Source: Octopus sinensis (taxonomy: Eukaryota). From it: a stretch of 32,256 bases of DNA. Each line of letters opens with the position of its first letter. The stretch's first letter is position 1. Made by a program: the position numbers and the translations under genes. A model generated the notes under the pieces. That model worked only from the letters and a program-made list of their open reading frames with translations, was not told the origin of the DNA and made no database searches. This document shows, piece by piece, positions 1 to 11,395 of the stretch. Location: contig NW_021829607.1 in the NCBI RefSeq assembly GCF_006345805.1, positions 1 through 32,256 on the forward strand, in the 5' to 3' direction.

Positions 1-1017
1 TAAATAGAGGCTTATAATGTCGTTAAACAGTTCTGTTCTTAAGCACACATTATTGAGGAAAAAGACTTGCCAAAGAGGGAATCGCTATCTGCAATAAATA
101 GCAGCAAAATCCCTTTCAAGTTGCATGCATTTTTTTATCAAAAAGGACGAATACGATCTTGTTTTATTGATATACTGAATCTGGGATATCATTTTTGGTG
201 GATTTTTTTTTTAATTCGACACTTTGTAAGGTCGTTCTTAATCAGAGCTAAGCAACAACGATAACACATAACGCAATCTAGTGCCAAATGCAAACTATAT
301 AATTAACTTAAAACTTCGATCGAGCACATCAATCACAACTACCTGGTACTCACAAAGACAGAATATATTCGAAGTCATGACTAGATAAATTTCATTATCA
401 GCTGAGTGTACCAGATTAACTCCCAAATGTATTCTGCATTAAATTAATTTTCATTAATTAATATTCCAGGCTTATCTCCCCTGTCTTCTTTCACAGGAAC
501 CAGTCATTAAGGAAATTATTTGTTCCTATCACTAAGGCTGTACTGTTAATTAATTAAAATTTCTTGGTTCACTACATCAGATATGTTACCGCTCACTTTA
601 CAATATACATTTCATACAATAGGCAACCCTAAATATTTAAACATGAACTATTTAACCAAGTCAGATTTTTGCACGAACGTACCTAAGCAAAATTAAAATC
701 ATATCGTAACATTGACCAAATAGTGAGCTTTACAACTGGTAACTGTGTGGTAACTGAATTTGTCCTTTAAATACCTTATGATATGCTCCAGCAGTCTGTT
801 TATTACGGACAGAACTTTGACTAACACAGTTGACATTGACAGCGCTAATTCATAGATACATTTTAATTCATAAATACAATGTATTCGGCTACAATCGGAT
901 CTTGACAAACACATAATACACTAAGGAGTATTCCTGCCTTCAATATTTTTTAATGAATTTAATATTACTATTGAATTCTTTTTTTAGTAAACCTTTTGTG
1001 AGTAAAATCTTTTTTTA

Positions 1018-1056
<39 letters not shown>

Positions 1057-1066
1057 CATATGTACT

Positions 1067-1191
1067 TGGAATTTCCAGAAAAACAAAAGACGAAGACAGG
1101 TGTATAAACAACAAACATGTGTATTAGTTTAACGCTCGGGAAGGTGAGACAGATTTTTACGCCTCGAGCCTACGCTCTTCAACAGAAAGGA
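1067..1191 (-). mobile_element. Short Penelope-like (PLE)-derived element, copy 1, with degenerate minimal hammerhead-like motif
   Basis: Clearly homologous to 8975-9135 and 14011-14168 (shared aacaaaagacgaagac...tagtttaacgctc...cgagcctacgctcttc-n-acagaaa). Flanked by (TA)n. Minus strand reads CTGTTGAAGAGCGTAGGCTCGAGGCGTA, i.e. GAAA is mutated to GAGG. PLE origin is inference. Confidence 0.6.
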
Positions 1192-1202
1192 TTATATATA
1201 TA

Positions 1203-1725
1203 TTCTCTCCCTTTCTCTTGCTCCTCCACCCCCTCCCGTCGCTGACACGCGACGAGAGGGCCACTACTCTCTTTCTGACCCGGCTCCAATCAAGTGTAGA
1301 CGGCTTTCCCTGTCTCTCTCGCCGTTCTCAAAGCGTTCAAAATATTTTTTCATTCGTTCTGGCTTAACAGCCCTTAATGTTCGTGTTACTGTTATTGTCC
1401 TTGTCCTGTATTTTACTGTTTATTTTGGATTGTTTTTACTGTCCTGTTTTTGTTACCATTTTTACCCCTCCGCCAAAAAATCTCAAATTTTATTTAATTT
1501 GCTTCTACGGGAAGGATAGTTTCAACGAAGTCGTGTCTCGCCTTTACCTTCGAAACGCAGAGTAGCTGAAACAGAGGCGGCTGAAGAAGGGGAATGTTGT
1601 ATGTCTTGTGTTGTATGTCTTGTACTCTATTTTTTCGTTGTTTAAGAAAATGTCCATTTCCTTGGTTTTGTGTTTATGTTTTCGTTTCTCATTGTATTCG
1701 ACGTTTTTTTGAGTGTCCTGTACCC
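1203..1725 (+). repeat. Probable interspersed repeat with T-rich tail, family unassigned
   Basis: Bounded by TA microsatellites on both sides; strongly T/G-skewed on + strand; same general layout as 2368-2747 on the opposite strand. No second copy in the window. Confidence 0.3.
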
Positions 1726-1860
1726 ATATATGCATATATATATATACATATAGATGTAGGTACGTACATATATGTATGTATAAATGCATATGTTTTATTT
1801 ATTATTTTGTTATTATATGATAGAACGCATGCATCCAGTTCTAAGTAACTAATATATATA

Positions 1861-1941
<81 letters not shown>

Positions 1942-1942
<1 letters not shown>

Positions 1943-2210
1943 TGTGGTAAACTAACAAACAAAATGTTGTGGTGGTTGACCGCATGGAGAGGATGGATGA
2001 AGTGCGGATGGTAAGAAGGAGAATGAAGAGAGAAGCGGTAGGCAGCAGAACCAGAGGCAGAGCTCGGTTTGTGTGGATGGATGGAGTGAGGAAAGTTTGG
2101 AAAGTATTTGCGAACGGATGAGTGAATTTTATGTCACTGAAAGTGGTACGGAATCAGCATGATGCGGCGGAGGTAAACCAACTTATGCTGTCGGACCCCG
2201 CTGCTGGTAT
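1942..2210 (+). mobile_element. RTE-clade LINE 3' fragment (ORF2 C-terminus), degenerate
   Basis: Translation VDRMERMDEVRMVRRRMKREAVGSRTRGRARFVWMDGVRK resembles the RTE C-terminal pattern WFGHVERM...RPRGRPRxRWxDxV; a frameshift lies just upstream. The end coordinate is approximate. Confidence 0.6.
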
Positions 2211-2367
2211 TGAGGGTTGCGTACTATGCCTTGACCCGATCATAGAAGGGGGTTCGTCTCTTTGAGCTGGGAAATGAATGGAATGTCTGGTGTGTCTTCT
2301 TGTGGGTACCCCCTCTTAAAAAAATGAGGAATAGGGCTGGGTATATATATATATATATATATATATA

Positions 2368-2747
2368 GATAAAAATTACAAAATGGGACAAGAAAGCAAA
2401 ACATCCGGAAAGTTAGGTGATACAAAAATGGGAAAACAAAACACCTAGATAGACAATACAAAGAAAACAAGGACGGGTCATTCGAAGTTTTCTTTCCTCA
2501 GTCAAGTACCAAATTATCATCGCAATTTCGGTTGATTATACTTGAGATTGCTCCAATCTGGCCAGCCCCAAAGAAAAACTAAGCTAAGGTGTATTAGATT
2601 CCTTGGAAGAAAGCAGCGAATGTATGCAAAAAGAAGGACGGAAAAAACGGACGATATTACACAAATACAATAAAAATAATAACAGGACATAACAAAAAGG
2701 TGTCTTTTGACTAAGGACGAATTAAATTAAGCTGGCGTGTGTGGAAA
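2368..2747 (-). repeat. Probable interspersed repeat with T-rich tail, family unassigned
   Basis: Bounded by (TA)n on both sides, A-rich on + strand (T-rich on -), same layout as 1203-1725. Confidence 0.3.
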
Positions 2748-2884
2748 TATATATATATATATATACATATTGTAATGATAGACTTCACTTATACATCAAG
2801 ATTCGCCCAAGAGGGAAGTACTTTAGTAAATTTCACTGTACTCTCAAAGAAGTATCAGTTGTTATTCTTAAATTAGTTTGAAAT

Positions 2885-3084
2885 TTAGGCAGAGGGCCTG
2901 AAATTTTAGTAAAGGAGACAAGTCGATTGCATTGAGTCCCACACCTCATTTGCTCAACTAACATTTACTCATCAATCCCGAAAGGGAAGGTCGACCTGGG
3001 CAGATTTTTAACTCAGAAAGTTAAGGCGAACGAAAGGATCGCTAAGCATTTTGCCCAGCGTTCTAACGAACCTACCAGCTCGCC
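2885..3084 (-). mobile_element. tRNA-derived SINE, family A, diverged copy
   Basis: Homologous to 18361-18582 and 27157-27362 (ggcctgaaattt...gtcgatt...gtcgacct...aactcagaa...gctaagcattttgccc...ccagctcgcc). Confidence 0.75.
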
Positions 3085-3410
3085 GCATTAAAAGTACTTT
3101 AAAATAATAACACTATTCTAACATCTAAAATAACTGGTGTTGGTGATGGCGATAGAAAGAGAGTTGGTGGCGGGGTTAACAGTGTCTCTGGCAGCGGTGG
3201 CGCACGCAGTAATTATGACAGTGTTGGTTGTGTTTGTGGTGGTGAAGACGGCAGTGAGGTCGGCGGTGGTAATGCTGAATGCAGAAAAACATCAACCGGA
3301 ACGTCAATAACAAACATCAAATTCTCTTACGACACAATGATATCTCATCACCTAAATAATACACTCACATATACATTCATACGCACAAATACACACACAC
3401 ATATATACAT

Positions 3411-3453
<43 letters not shown>

Positions 3454-3983
3454 CAGGGAACGAGAAAGATGGAAACGGGGAAACATTCATACATAATCAT
3501 ATATAACTGTACACATACTCAAAAACACAAACACATATATACATGTGTGTGTGTGTGTGTGTATGTGTGTGTGTGTTGTTGTGTGAGTGTGTGTGTGTGT
3601 GTACCGAATCATGTATGTAAGCCGATATATATGTCGAGCACGTACACACACATACACACACACACACATACACACATATATATATATATATATATATACA
3701 TACACACACACATATATATACACACACATACAAACAAGTACATATGCATACACTAATATGATCATTATCAACCTTTCAAGTTGATGTCATTAATTTACTG
3801 AGATAATGTAAATCATTTCCTATATACTTTGATATCTTATTGACAACATCAAGCTGTTTTAACTATTGATTGGTTTATGTTATCGATCTGCTTAGATATT
3901 GATTTCTTTTTTTATATTTAATTCTCTTATTTATTCATATACGTCGTACTTATATACATTATATACAGATAAATATGCACAGG

Positions 3984-4046
<63 letters not shown>

Positions 4047-4339
4047 TTAGAAAAATACAACATGGACAAGAACGTATAATCTTAGAAGACGATACACATA
4101 TATGTTTGTATTTATATACTTGTATGTATGTTTGTATGTATTAATGTATATATTTAGGTATATATATATAATATATATATATATATATAGATATATTATT
4201 ATATATATATATACATTATGTTTATATATATAGTGTTGTATGATTTTATATTATATATATGTATATACATATAAATGTTGTAATATATAATATATTTAAT
4301 ACATATTTACACATACATACAACACACACACACACACAC

Positions 4340-4384
<45 letters not shown>

Positions 4385-4554
4385 GTATATATACATATAT
4401 AAGCACATTCACACCATTTTATGCCTATAATTATGTGGATTACTATTTAATTACATATATTTTTCTGTTATTTTTGTGTGTTACTTAAGTCTATGTTTAT
4501 ACATTTAGTTGTGGTAACGTAATTTTCTCTAATTTTCTCTCCCCTTCACCCTCA

Positions 4555-4586
<32 letters not shown>

Positions 4587-4845
4587 GTAACACCGAAAGT
4601 ATGTGTGTGTGTGTGTCTGTCTGTGTGTGGGTGTATGTTTGTGTCATGTGCGTGTGTGTGTTTGCGCACACGCGCGTTTAATTAACCTCTCCCTTTCACT
4701 CGTCCACTCTCACTCAAACACATTCATTTACACTTTTGTGTTTGTTTTTCCATCTAATTAATTTCTCTTATTTTTAAGGACTTAAGTGTACTCTTGTGTA
4801 TGTGTGTATGGGGGTGCGTTCGCGCGTGCGTGTGTGTGTGTGCAT

Positions 4846-5135
4846 TCTTTTATCTTTTATCTTTTCCTTGTTTCAGTCATTAGACTGCGGTCATGCTGGA
4901 GCACGGCATTGAATTGTATAGCTGAACAAATCGACCTCAGTACATTTTCTTTTCCATGTTTGATACTTATTATATTAATTCTTTCTGCCGAACAGCTAAG
5001 TGGCAGTGACGTCAAAAGACAAAAGACACTGGTTTTCAAGCAGCAGTGGGGAAAAACAGAAACACAAACACCACACAAACACACTCTCACACGCACACAC
5101 TCACACACATGCACGCGCGCACACACACGCACACA
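4846..5135 (-). mobile_element. tRNA-derived SINE, family B, 3' half
   Basis: Reverse complement of the 3' half of 15198-15628 (ttgtttcagtcatt-gactgcgg-catgctggagcac; gccgaacagctaagt; ggttttcaagc), ending in the internal CA microsatellite. Confidence 0.75.
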
Positions 5136-5291
5136 CATATTTTGTAACCAAAATTAGGGAGTGGAGTACATAAAGTTCAGGCTGCGTATGTTTCATAGCT
5201 AACAAAAATTGGAAGTAGTAATTATCCAAACGAACAGCAATGCGCTTATCTTCCGACATCTTGATCCTTGGATTTTACCTTTACATATATA

Positions 5292-5515
5292 CAGTTGCGT
5301 CTAAAATGTTCAGAACGGCATTGTTTTCGCCAGAAAAGTAGCTATAATTTTTTATCAAAGTTGTTTTCTGTTCTATAATTTTCACAGACAATAAATACAA
5401 TACTAATTGTTATTGTCTGAGATTTTGGTGTAATTTGAGAGGAGAATACAAAAGTTATGGATGATTTAGTGATTTACTGCAAAACACATGGCGGCCAAAA
5501 TGATCAGAACGGTTG
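5292..5515. repeat. Tc1 left TIR with IR/DR organisation
   Basis: Outer motif cagttgcgtctaaaatgttcagaacggc (5292-5319) recurs as inner motif ggcggccaaaatgatcagaacggttg (5490-5515); the segment is the reverse complement of 6667-6887. Confidence 0.9.
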
Positions 5516-5561
5516 AAAAAATAACAAAATAATCAAAAATGACAGAGAATACTGGAATTAT

Positions 5562-6548
5562 TTAATATTTAATGTGAAGCCCTTTAGCTTCAATCACACT
5601 CTGACATCTTCGACTGCATGAGGAAATTAAATTTTCAATTTCTTGCTAGGTGATCTTATTCCATTCTTCTTGAAGGGCATTCCATAATTGCTCGGTTGTT
5701 TTAGGATTTCTGGCTTTCGAACGTTCTCCTAGAATATTCCACACATTTTCAATAGGATTGAGATCTGGGCTTTGAGCAGGCCAATCCATAATAATAACCT
5801 TTTCAGCCTTGAGGAAGTTTATGACCACCTTAGCCTTGTGACATGGGGCATTGTCCTGCATGGATATGGGTGGTCGCTTAGTTGAATTTCTCAGCACAGG
5901 CAAGACATGATCTTTTACAAGTCCTGCATTTACCTTTCCGTGTAATCGCACGAAAGAGCCCACACCATCTCCAGATATCATCCCCCAAACCATGGCACTT
6001 CCTCCACTGAATTTAACACTAGTCTTAATGCATTTAGGCGACAATTTTTCATCTACTTTTCCCATCTGAGCCAAATAACATAAACTTAGATTCATCACTG
6101 AAATGCACCGTTTGCCATTTTTCTTGAGACCACAACACATGTTCGGTTACAAAAGTAAGACGACACTTTTTATTTTTGAAGCTGATCAGTGGCTTCACTG
6201 CAGGTGCTCTTGCTTGTAGGTTATGTTCAACTAAACAATGAGACACAGTTTTTCGAGATAACGTTTTCTTCAGTACCATGCTCATTTCCCGAGAAATAGC
6301 AGCAGCAGTTTAAATCTGTCCTTTTTAACCAACTCTACCATAGCACGATCTTCTCTCTTGGTCGTTTTACTTGGCGTACCTGTAGACTTTCTTGCTTCAC
6401 ACGAACCACTATCATCGAAGACCTTAAGAATACTGTGAACAACACTTTTTGACTTGTTAACAATCTTTGCAATAGACCCAATACTTAAATTATCCTTCTT
6501 TCGAAGCTTAATAATCTGCTGACGAATTGGCAAAGGAGTAAGTGGCAT
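5562..6548 (-). pseudogene. Tc1 transposase pseudogene
   Basis: Joined frames give MPLTPLPIRQQIIK (HTH region)...FSDESKF...VWGMIS...QDNAPCH-(34 aa spacing)-SPDLNPIE...AKGLHIKY*. Frameshifts near 6314 and 6060, premature TAG at 5646-5648. Confidence 0.93.
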
Positions 6549-6666
6549 TATATTAAGAAAGTACACTGCAGATATTCTTACTAATGTTTAGTAAACGAAC
6601 CATCACGTAAACAAATTCAAAACATTAGAGTTCGCCGGTTAAATATACTAAAACACGGAGTAAAAG

Positions 6667-6885
6667 CAACCGTTCTGATCATTTTGGCCGCCATGGGTTT
6701 TGCAGTAAATCACTAAATCATCTATAACTTTTGTATTATCCTCTCAAATTACACCAAAATCTCAGACAATATCAATTAATATCGTATTTATTGTCTGTGA
6801 AAATTATAGAATATAAAACTTTGATAAAAACTTATATCTACTTTTCTTGCGAAAACAATGCCGTTCGGAACATTTTGGCCGCAAC

Positions 6886-6887
<2 letters not shown>
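6667..6887. repeat. Tc1 right TIR with IR/DR organisation
   Basis: Inner caaccgttctgatcattttggccgcc (from 6667) and outer gccgttcggaacattttggccgcaacgg (6860-6887). Confidence 0.9.

Positions 6888-6948
<61 letters not shown>
6888..6948. repeat. (TA)n microsatellite, ~30 units, starting at the Tc1 TA target site
   Basis: Read directly. Confidence 0.95.
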
Positions 6949-6952
<4 letters not shown>

Positions 6953-6970
6953 ATAGGTACGTTTGCATAA

Positions 6971-7158
6971 AGGCGCGACTATGTGGTAAGAAGTTTGCTT
7001 CCCCACAACGTGGTTCCGGGTTCAGTCCCACTCTGTGGCACCTTGTCTTCTACTATAGGCTCAGTGAGAAAACAAAATCTGAAAGAAGCCTATCACATAT
7101 ATATATATAAATAAATATATATATATAGAATAAATATATAATAAATAGATATATAGAT

Positions 7159-7221
<63 letters not shown>

Positions 7222-7480
7222 TGTATGTATGTATGAATGTATGTATGTATGTATGAATGTATGTATGTACATATGTATGTATCTACGTTCGTGTGTGAGT
7301 GTCTGTCCCCCCACCATCGCTTGATAACCGGTGTTGGCATGTTTACGTCCCCGTAACTTAGCAATAGAATAAGTACTAGATTTTCAAAAAGTACTGATAT
7401 CGATTCCTTAGACTAAAACTCTTTAAGGCGCTGTCCCACCCCGTCGCAGTCTAATGACCTGAAACAATTGAAAGAAAAAA
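6971..7480 (+). mobile_element. tRNA-derived SINE, family B, with expanded internal compound microsatellite (~7097-7283)
   Basis: B-box-like ccgggttcagtccc; gtcttctactatag; gtccccc-catcgcttga-aaccg; tttacgtccccgtaacttagc; 3' gcagtctaatgacctgaaac; all shared with 15198-15628. Confidence 0.8.
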
Positions 7481-8682
7481 ACCTGTATGTTTGTGTGAGT
7501 GTATGCAGAAGTTGGTATATATTTATATATATACATGCATATCATACATATACATACATCATATACATATGTATACATAAAGATATATGCATGCATTATT
7601 TCATATATTGTAATATATTGATTTTTGAATGTTTGTACGTACATGTTAATAAACATACGTGTGTGTGTGTATGCATGCGTTGTTGTACGCTCGTATGCAC
7701 GTATTTACATATGTATGCTGTTATATACGTGCTACCGATGGACAGTTAAGCCTATTACGCAGTAAATTATTCTCAATTTCGATTCCGCTAAATGGGATCT
7801 TAAGCAAGTACCTTTTCCTTTATTGTCGAGCGAAATCGTCTGCTCTATGGATGACTCTCAGGTGAATTGTACTAGTAATGAAACACGAATTGACGATGAA
7901 AATTGGACTGGATGTCCATCTCACCGTGGTATTCACAGCCACTTACATGCCAGTTAATAAGCCGGATAATTTAGCTGATCGACCTGTACACATGATCGGA
8001 TACTCAGATGGAGATCTAACCTAACATGCTGCACATACACACACACGCACACATACACACACATACGCACAATTTGACCTTCAAAATGTGTGGTGATGAA
8101 ATGGCTACATGTCCAAGAAGGGCTACGTGTCTTCTTACTCTCACTAAGTGAATTATTATCCAGCTGTCACAGAAACTATTGTTAGTATACGCAGAGTTTC
8201 TTCTTATGGTATTTTCTTGATGTAGTTCTATCCAACAGTCTTTGAGTCATACTGAGACATCAATGGTATGCCTTGAGCATACGTGATTTTGTATATACAT
8301 GTGTGATCTGTAGTACAATGTGTAAGCATTACCGTGCGTTTAAGACGAGCGCTTCAAAACTAGAATGGTTATGGCCCCGTTCCTAATTCATAGCATCTTG
8401 TACAAGAGATTCACCAAGAATCTCTGATCAGCCCAAGATTTGTTGGTCAAATTGTGTAAGTAACATGATTTGGAGCCCGCCGTAATCGATAGTAATATGT
8501 CGTAAGTGGAAGTGAATATGTCCTTCTGCTTTAACACCAACCACGTGTAATTCGGGTGTGTTTAACAGAGACACATGTATTGTCAGCATTTATATTGTTA
8601 TGCCAGATATGACGAGAGTCGATAATACAAGGGACTGAATTTCTTCTAATTTTATTGAAATAGCGACCAAAATTTTAGCCAC

Positions 8683-8945
8683 GAGCATGGCTTCGTGGTA
8701 ATAGGGTTGTTTCCTAGTCAAATAGTTCCTGGTTCAGTCCCATTGCATGTCGCCTTGGACGAGGTTTTTTTTTACTACATCCCCTGACAATCAAAGCCTT
8801 GAGAGTACATTTGACAGTCGATGCGTGTGTGAGTGTGTGTGTCTGAGTAGTGTTGTTTACGTCCTTTTAAATCAATAGTTCAGTAAAAGAGACAGGTAGT
8901 GATCCCACATGACAGCAATCGAATGACTTAAGCTATTAAAATATA
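8683..8945 (+). mobile_element. tRNA-derived SINE, family B, highly diverged copy
   Basis: ctggttcagtcccattgc (B box), caaagccttg, tttacgtcc and aaaagagac segments occur in the same order as in 15198-15628. Confidence 0.6.
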
Positions 8946-8974
8946 AAACACACACACACACACACATATATATA

Positions 8975-9135
8975 GGGAGAGTTTACGAAAAACAACAAAA
9001 GACGAAGACAGGTGGTGCACAAAACAAACAGATGTATTAGTTTAACGCTCAGGAACAGAAAAAGTATTTTACGTTTCGAGCCTACGCTCTTCTACAGAAA
9101 AAAACAAGATGAAAAAAATGTGTGTAGTTGCTAAT
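8975..9135 (-). mobile_element. Short PLE-derived element, copy 2, with minimal hammerhead-like motif (~9066-9100)
   Basis: Minus strand TTT-CTGTAGA-A-GAGC-GTAG-GCTC-GAAACGTA-AAA; flanked by TA repeats; homologous to copies at 1067 and 14011. Confidence 0.7.
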
Positions 9136-9138
9136 ATA

Positions 9139-9191
<53 letters not shown>

Positions 9192-9255
9192 TATAGTGTA
9201 AGACAACAAAAGAATGAAAGAGACTTCGATATTATGTAAATAGAGGAATTTATCT

Positions 9256-9461
9256 GTAATATAATATGGGAAGATTATTCGGTTGCCATAATAAAACTAC
9301 GAGTTTCGGATGTCGGGGCGGAAACCTGCACCGGCATCTCATATCATATTTTGATTGCCTCGATAACTGAAGAGATGCGGGTGCAAGTTTCCCACACACA
9401 CACACATCCGAAACTCGGAGTTTTATTATGGCAACCGAATAATTGTCACATATTATATTGC
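9256..9461. mobile_element. Fold-back / MITE-like element
   Basis: Arms aatataatatgg...attattcggttgccataataaaactacgagtttcggatg and catccgaaactcggagttttattatggcaaccgaataat...catattatatt, plus an inner stem ggaaacctgcaccggcatctc / gagatgcgggtgcaagtttcc. No clear TSD. Confidence 0.75.
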
Positions 9462-9468
9462 ACACACA

Positions 9469-9526
<58 letters not shown>

Positions 9527-9688
9527 CATATATATATTTGTTGAAATAGAAAGATGAAATTTCTTTTTACAGATTATTCAAAAGTTTTAACCGATACCTG
9601 GGTAGCAACAATCACAGCAGAAAATACACGGTTGGAGATAAGACCAATTGGTGTTGCAACGTGCGTTGGTGCGGTAATTGAAGTTTAA

Positions 9689-9820
9689 TATTATTATTGA
9701 ATGGAAGAAATGGAGTTGAACGAAGATTGTACAGAATTCCTTTTATTACATTCTAGAATGTAATAAAAGGAATTCTGTACAATCTTCGTTCAACTCCATT
9801 TCTTCCATTCAATAATAATA
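9689..9820. repeat. Perfect 132-bp palindrome (66-bp arms, no spacer, no mismatch)
   Basis: Checked base by base; centre ttct|agaa at 9754/9755. Confidence 0.97.
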
Positions 9821-10115
9821 ATATATATTATATATATATATATGATGGGGTTGTCTGCGGATTCACAGAGGGCTTTCCCAATTACATATTATGAATTTAT
9901 TCTTGAAATGAGGCAAATCACCAAGTCATTTGCCCCCGGCAACATATATTCTTTTCTTTCTTTACGCAATGTCTGCAATTGCTAGATGTTTAGGTCTGTT
10001 TATGCTTCATTTCGACAATTCAAAAGAACGTCACTTTGCTGTTTCGTCAATGCTCCTGCATTTTGCGTTACAGAAGAGGACGTGTGATGTCGTGGAATTT
10101 CTTTTACTGATGTAC

Positions 10116-10307
10116 CTGCAGGATAATCAGTGGCTCTAATTCCTGACTGAACTTCTTTCTGAACATCCTTAGATAAATGGTTGCAAGATTTGGGTATGGT
10201 TGTAAGGATTTCACTTCCATCACTGTCGACATTGTTTTGTGTTGTCTGCATTTCTGCAGGAACGTTTCGGATCGTCTTGTTTACTTGAGGACTCTTCGTT
10301 AAAATTT
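10116..10307 (-). CDS. Candidate internal exon of an unidentified gene (S/T/Q/E/K-rich, disordered-looking)
   Basis: ttttaaccctag|AA acceptor and CAG|gtacat donor enclose 192 nt (phase 1-phase 1). Stop-free frame xILTKSPQVNKTIRNVPAEMQTTQNNVDSDGSEILTTIPKSCNHLSKDVQKEVQSGIRATDYPA continues to a stop at 10000. No recognisable domain. Confidence 0.3.
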
Positions 10308-10392
10308 CTAGGGTTAAAATTTCATCACCCCGAGAGGGCCAATACCGCCCACTTCGGGATCCACTGCGTTATAGCCTTAATTTAAACTTTTG

Positions 10393-10489
10393 AGTAGTAG
10401 TAGTAGTAGTGGTGGTGGTGGTGGTGGTGGTGGTTTTGGTGGTGGTGGTGGTGGTGGTGGTTTTGGTGGTGGTGGTGTTGGTGGTGGTG
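10393..10489. repeat. Compound (TAG)n/(TGG)n microsatellite
   Basis: Read directly. Confidence 0.95.
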
Positions 10490-10612
10490 AAGCGCAAATA
10501 GCAGTTTAGAAACGAGGGTCATCATTTTTATATGTGTCGCTTGCGGTAGTAAGTGGATATTGATTTACCGCAATGATGCATGGGGACGGGGTGAAGGCAG
10601 CGGAACCAGTAC

Positions 10613-10780
10613 GAAGAAGAAGAAGAAGAAGAAGAAGAAGAGAAGAAGAAGAAGAAGAAGAAGAAGAAGAAGAAGAAGAAGAAAAGAAGAGAGAAGAAGA
10701 AGAAAGAAGAAGAAGAAGAAGAAGAAGAAGAAGAATAGAAGAAGAAGAAGAAGAAGAAGAAGAAGAAGAAGAAGAAGAAG
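10613..10780. repeat. Long imperfect (GAA)n tract
   Basis: Read directly; produces the poly-E/K/R ORFs in the track. Confidence 0.95.
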
Positions 10781-11157
10781 CGCCGGACGGGGAAGACGAC
10801 GAGGAGTTAGTTATAATCATGTAAATAAGCCGTGGTGATCTAATCTAAAATGAATTGCAGTTTAGGTGTTAGGGGCGAGTGTGCATATACGTATGTATGA
10901 GTATTTATGTCTGTTTGTGTATCTGTGCATATGTGCATGTGTGTGTGTATGTTCGTGTGTGTTTGTGTGTGTGTGTATGTATGTGTCTATTGTGTGTGTG
11001 TTGTGTATGTGTTGTGTGTGTGTTGTGTGTGTGTGTGTGTTGTGTGTGGTGTGTTGTTTAGTGTATGTGTGTGGGTCAGATGAGGTAACTGATACAGTGT
11101 AATTATCTAGGTGATAGTTTCAGTCTGAAAAATTGGATTTCTGATGGCGATGGAGCT

Positions 11158-11221
11158 TATATATAGATATATTATTATAATCTATATATATATATATATA
11201 TATAATATATATATATCTATA

Positions 11222-11255
<34 letters not shown>

Positions 11256-11319
11256 CATATATTATATATACTATATATTATATATATATATATATATACA
11301 TATATATATAATATATAAC

Positions 11320-11384
<65 letters not shown>

Positions 11385-11395
11385 GTTTGTATATA
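11158..11395. repeat. Long interrupted (TA)n tract
   Basis: Read directly. Confidence 0.9.

Larger units (their letters stand above)
5292..6887 (-). mobile_element. Tc1/mariner DNA transposon (Tc1, DD34E), full length ~1.6 kb, inactivated
   Basis: ~225-bp terminal inverted repeats (5292-5515, 6667-6887), TA on both flanks (5290-5291, 6888-6889), internal transposase pseudogene. Confidence 0.95.

Noticed and set aside
1525-1610. ccttcGAAAcgc ... CTGAAGAagggg as a permuted hammerhead
   Set aside because: Stem III lacks the required U-H cleavage site, and stems I and II cannot be formed convincingly.
7770-7960. Open frame ...CSMDDSQVNCTSNETRIDDENWTGCPSHRG faintly resembling an SRCR domain
   Set aside because: Cysteine and tryptophan spacing does not match SRCR properly and no compatible splice sites were found.
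8394-8455. Possible 62-nt + strand exon (taattcatag|...ATTGT|gtaagt)
   Set aside because: Too short to assess; no homology recognised.
9573-9673. Possible + strand exon (ttctttttacag|...GCG|gtaatt; YSKVLTDTWVATITAENTRLEIRPIGVATCVGA)
   Set aside because: Good splice-like signals but two frames are open, no protein family is recognised and no partner exons are identifiable; such matches are expected by chance.
10325-10368. ...ccgcccacttcgggatcccactg as the right TIR of a hAT-type MITE
   Set aside because: Plausible but under 45 bp, mutated, and without a matching left end nearby.
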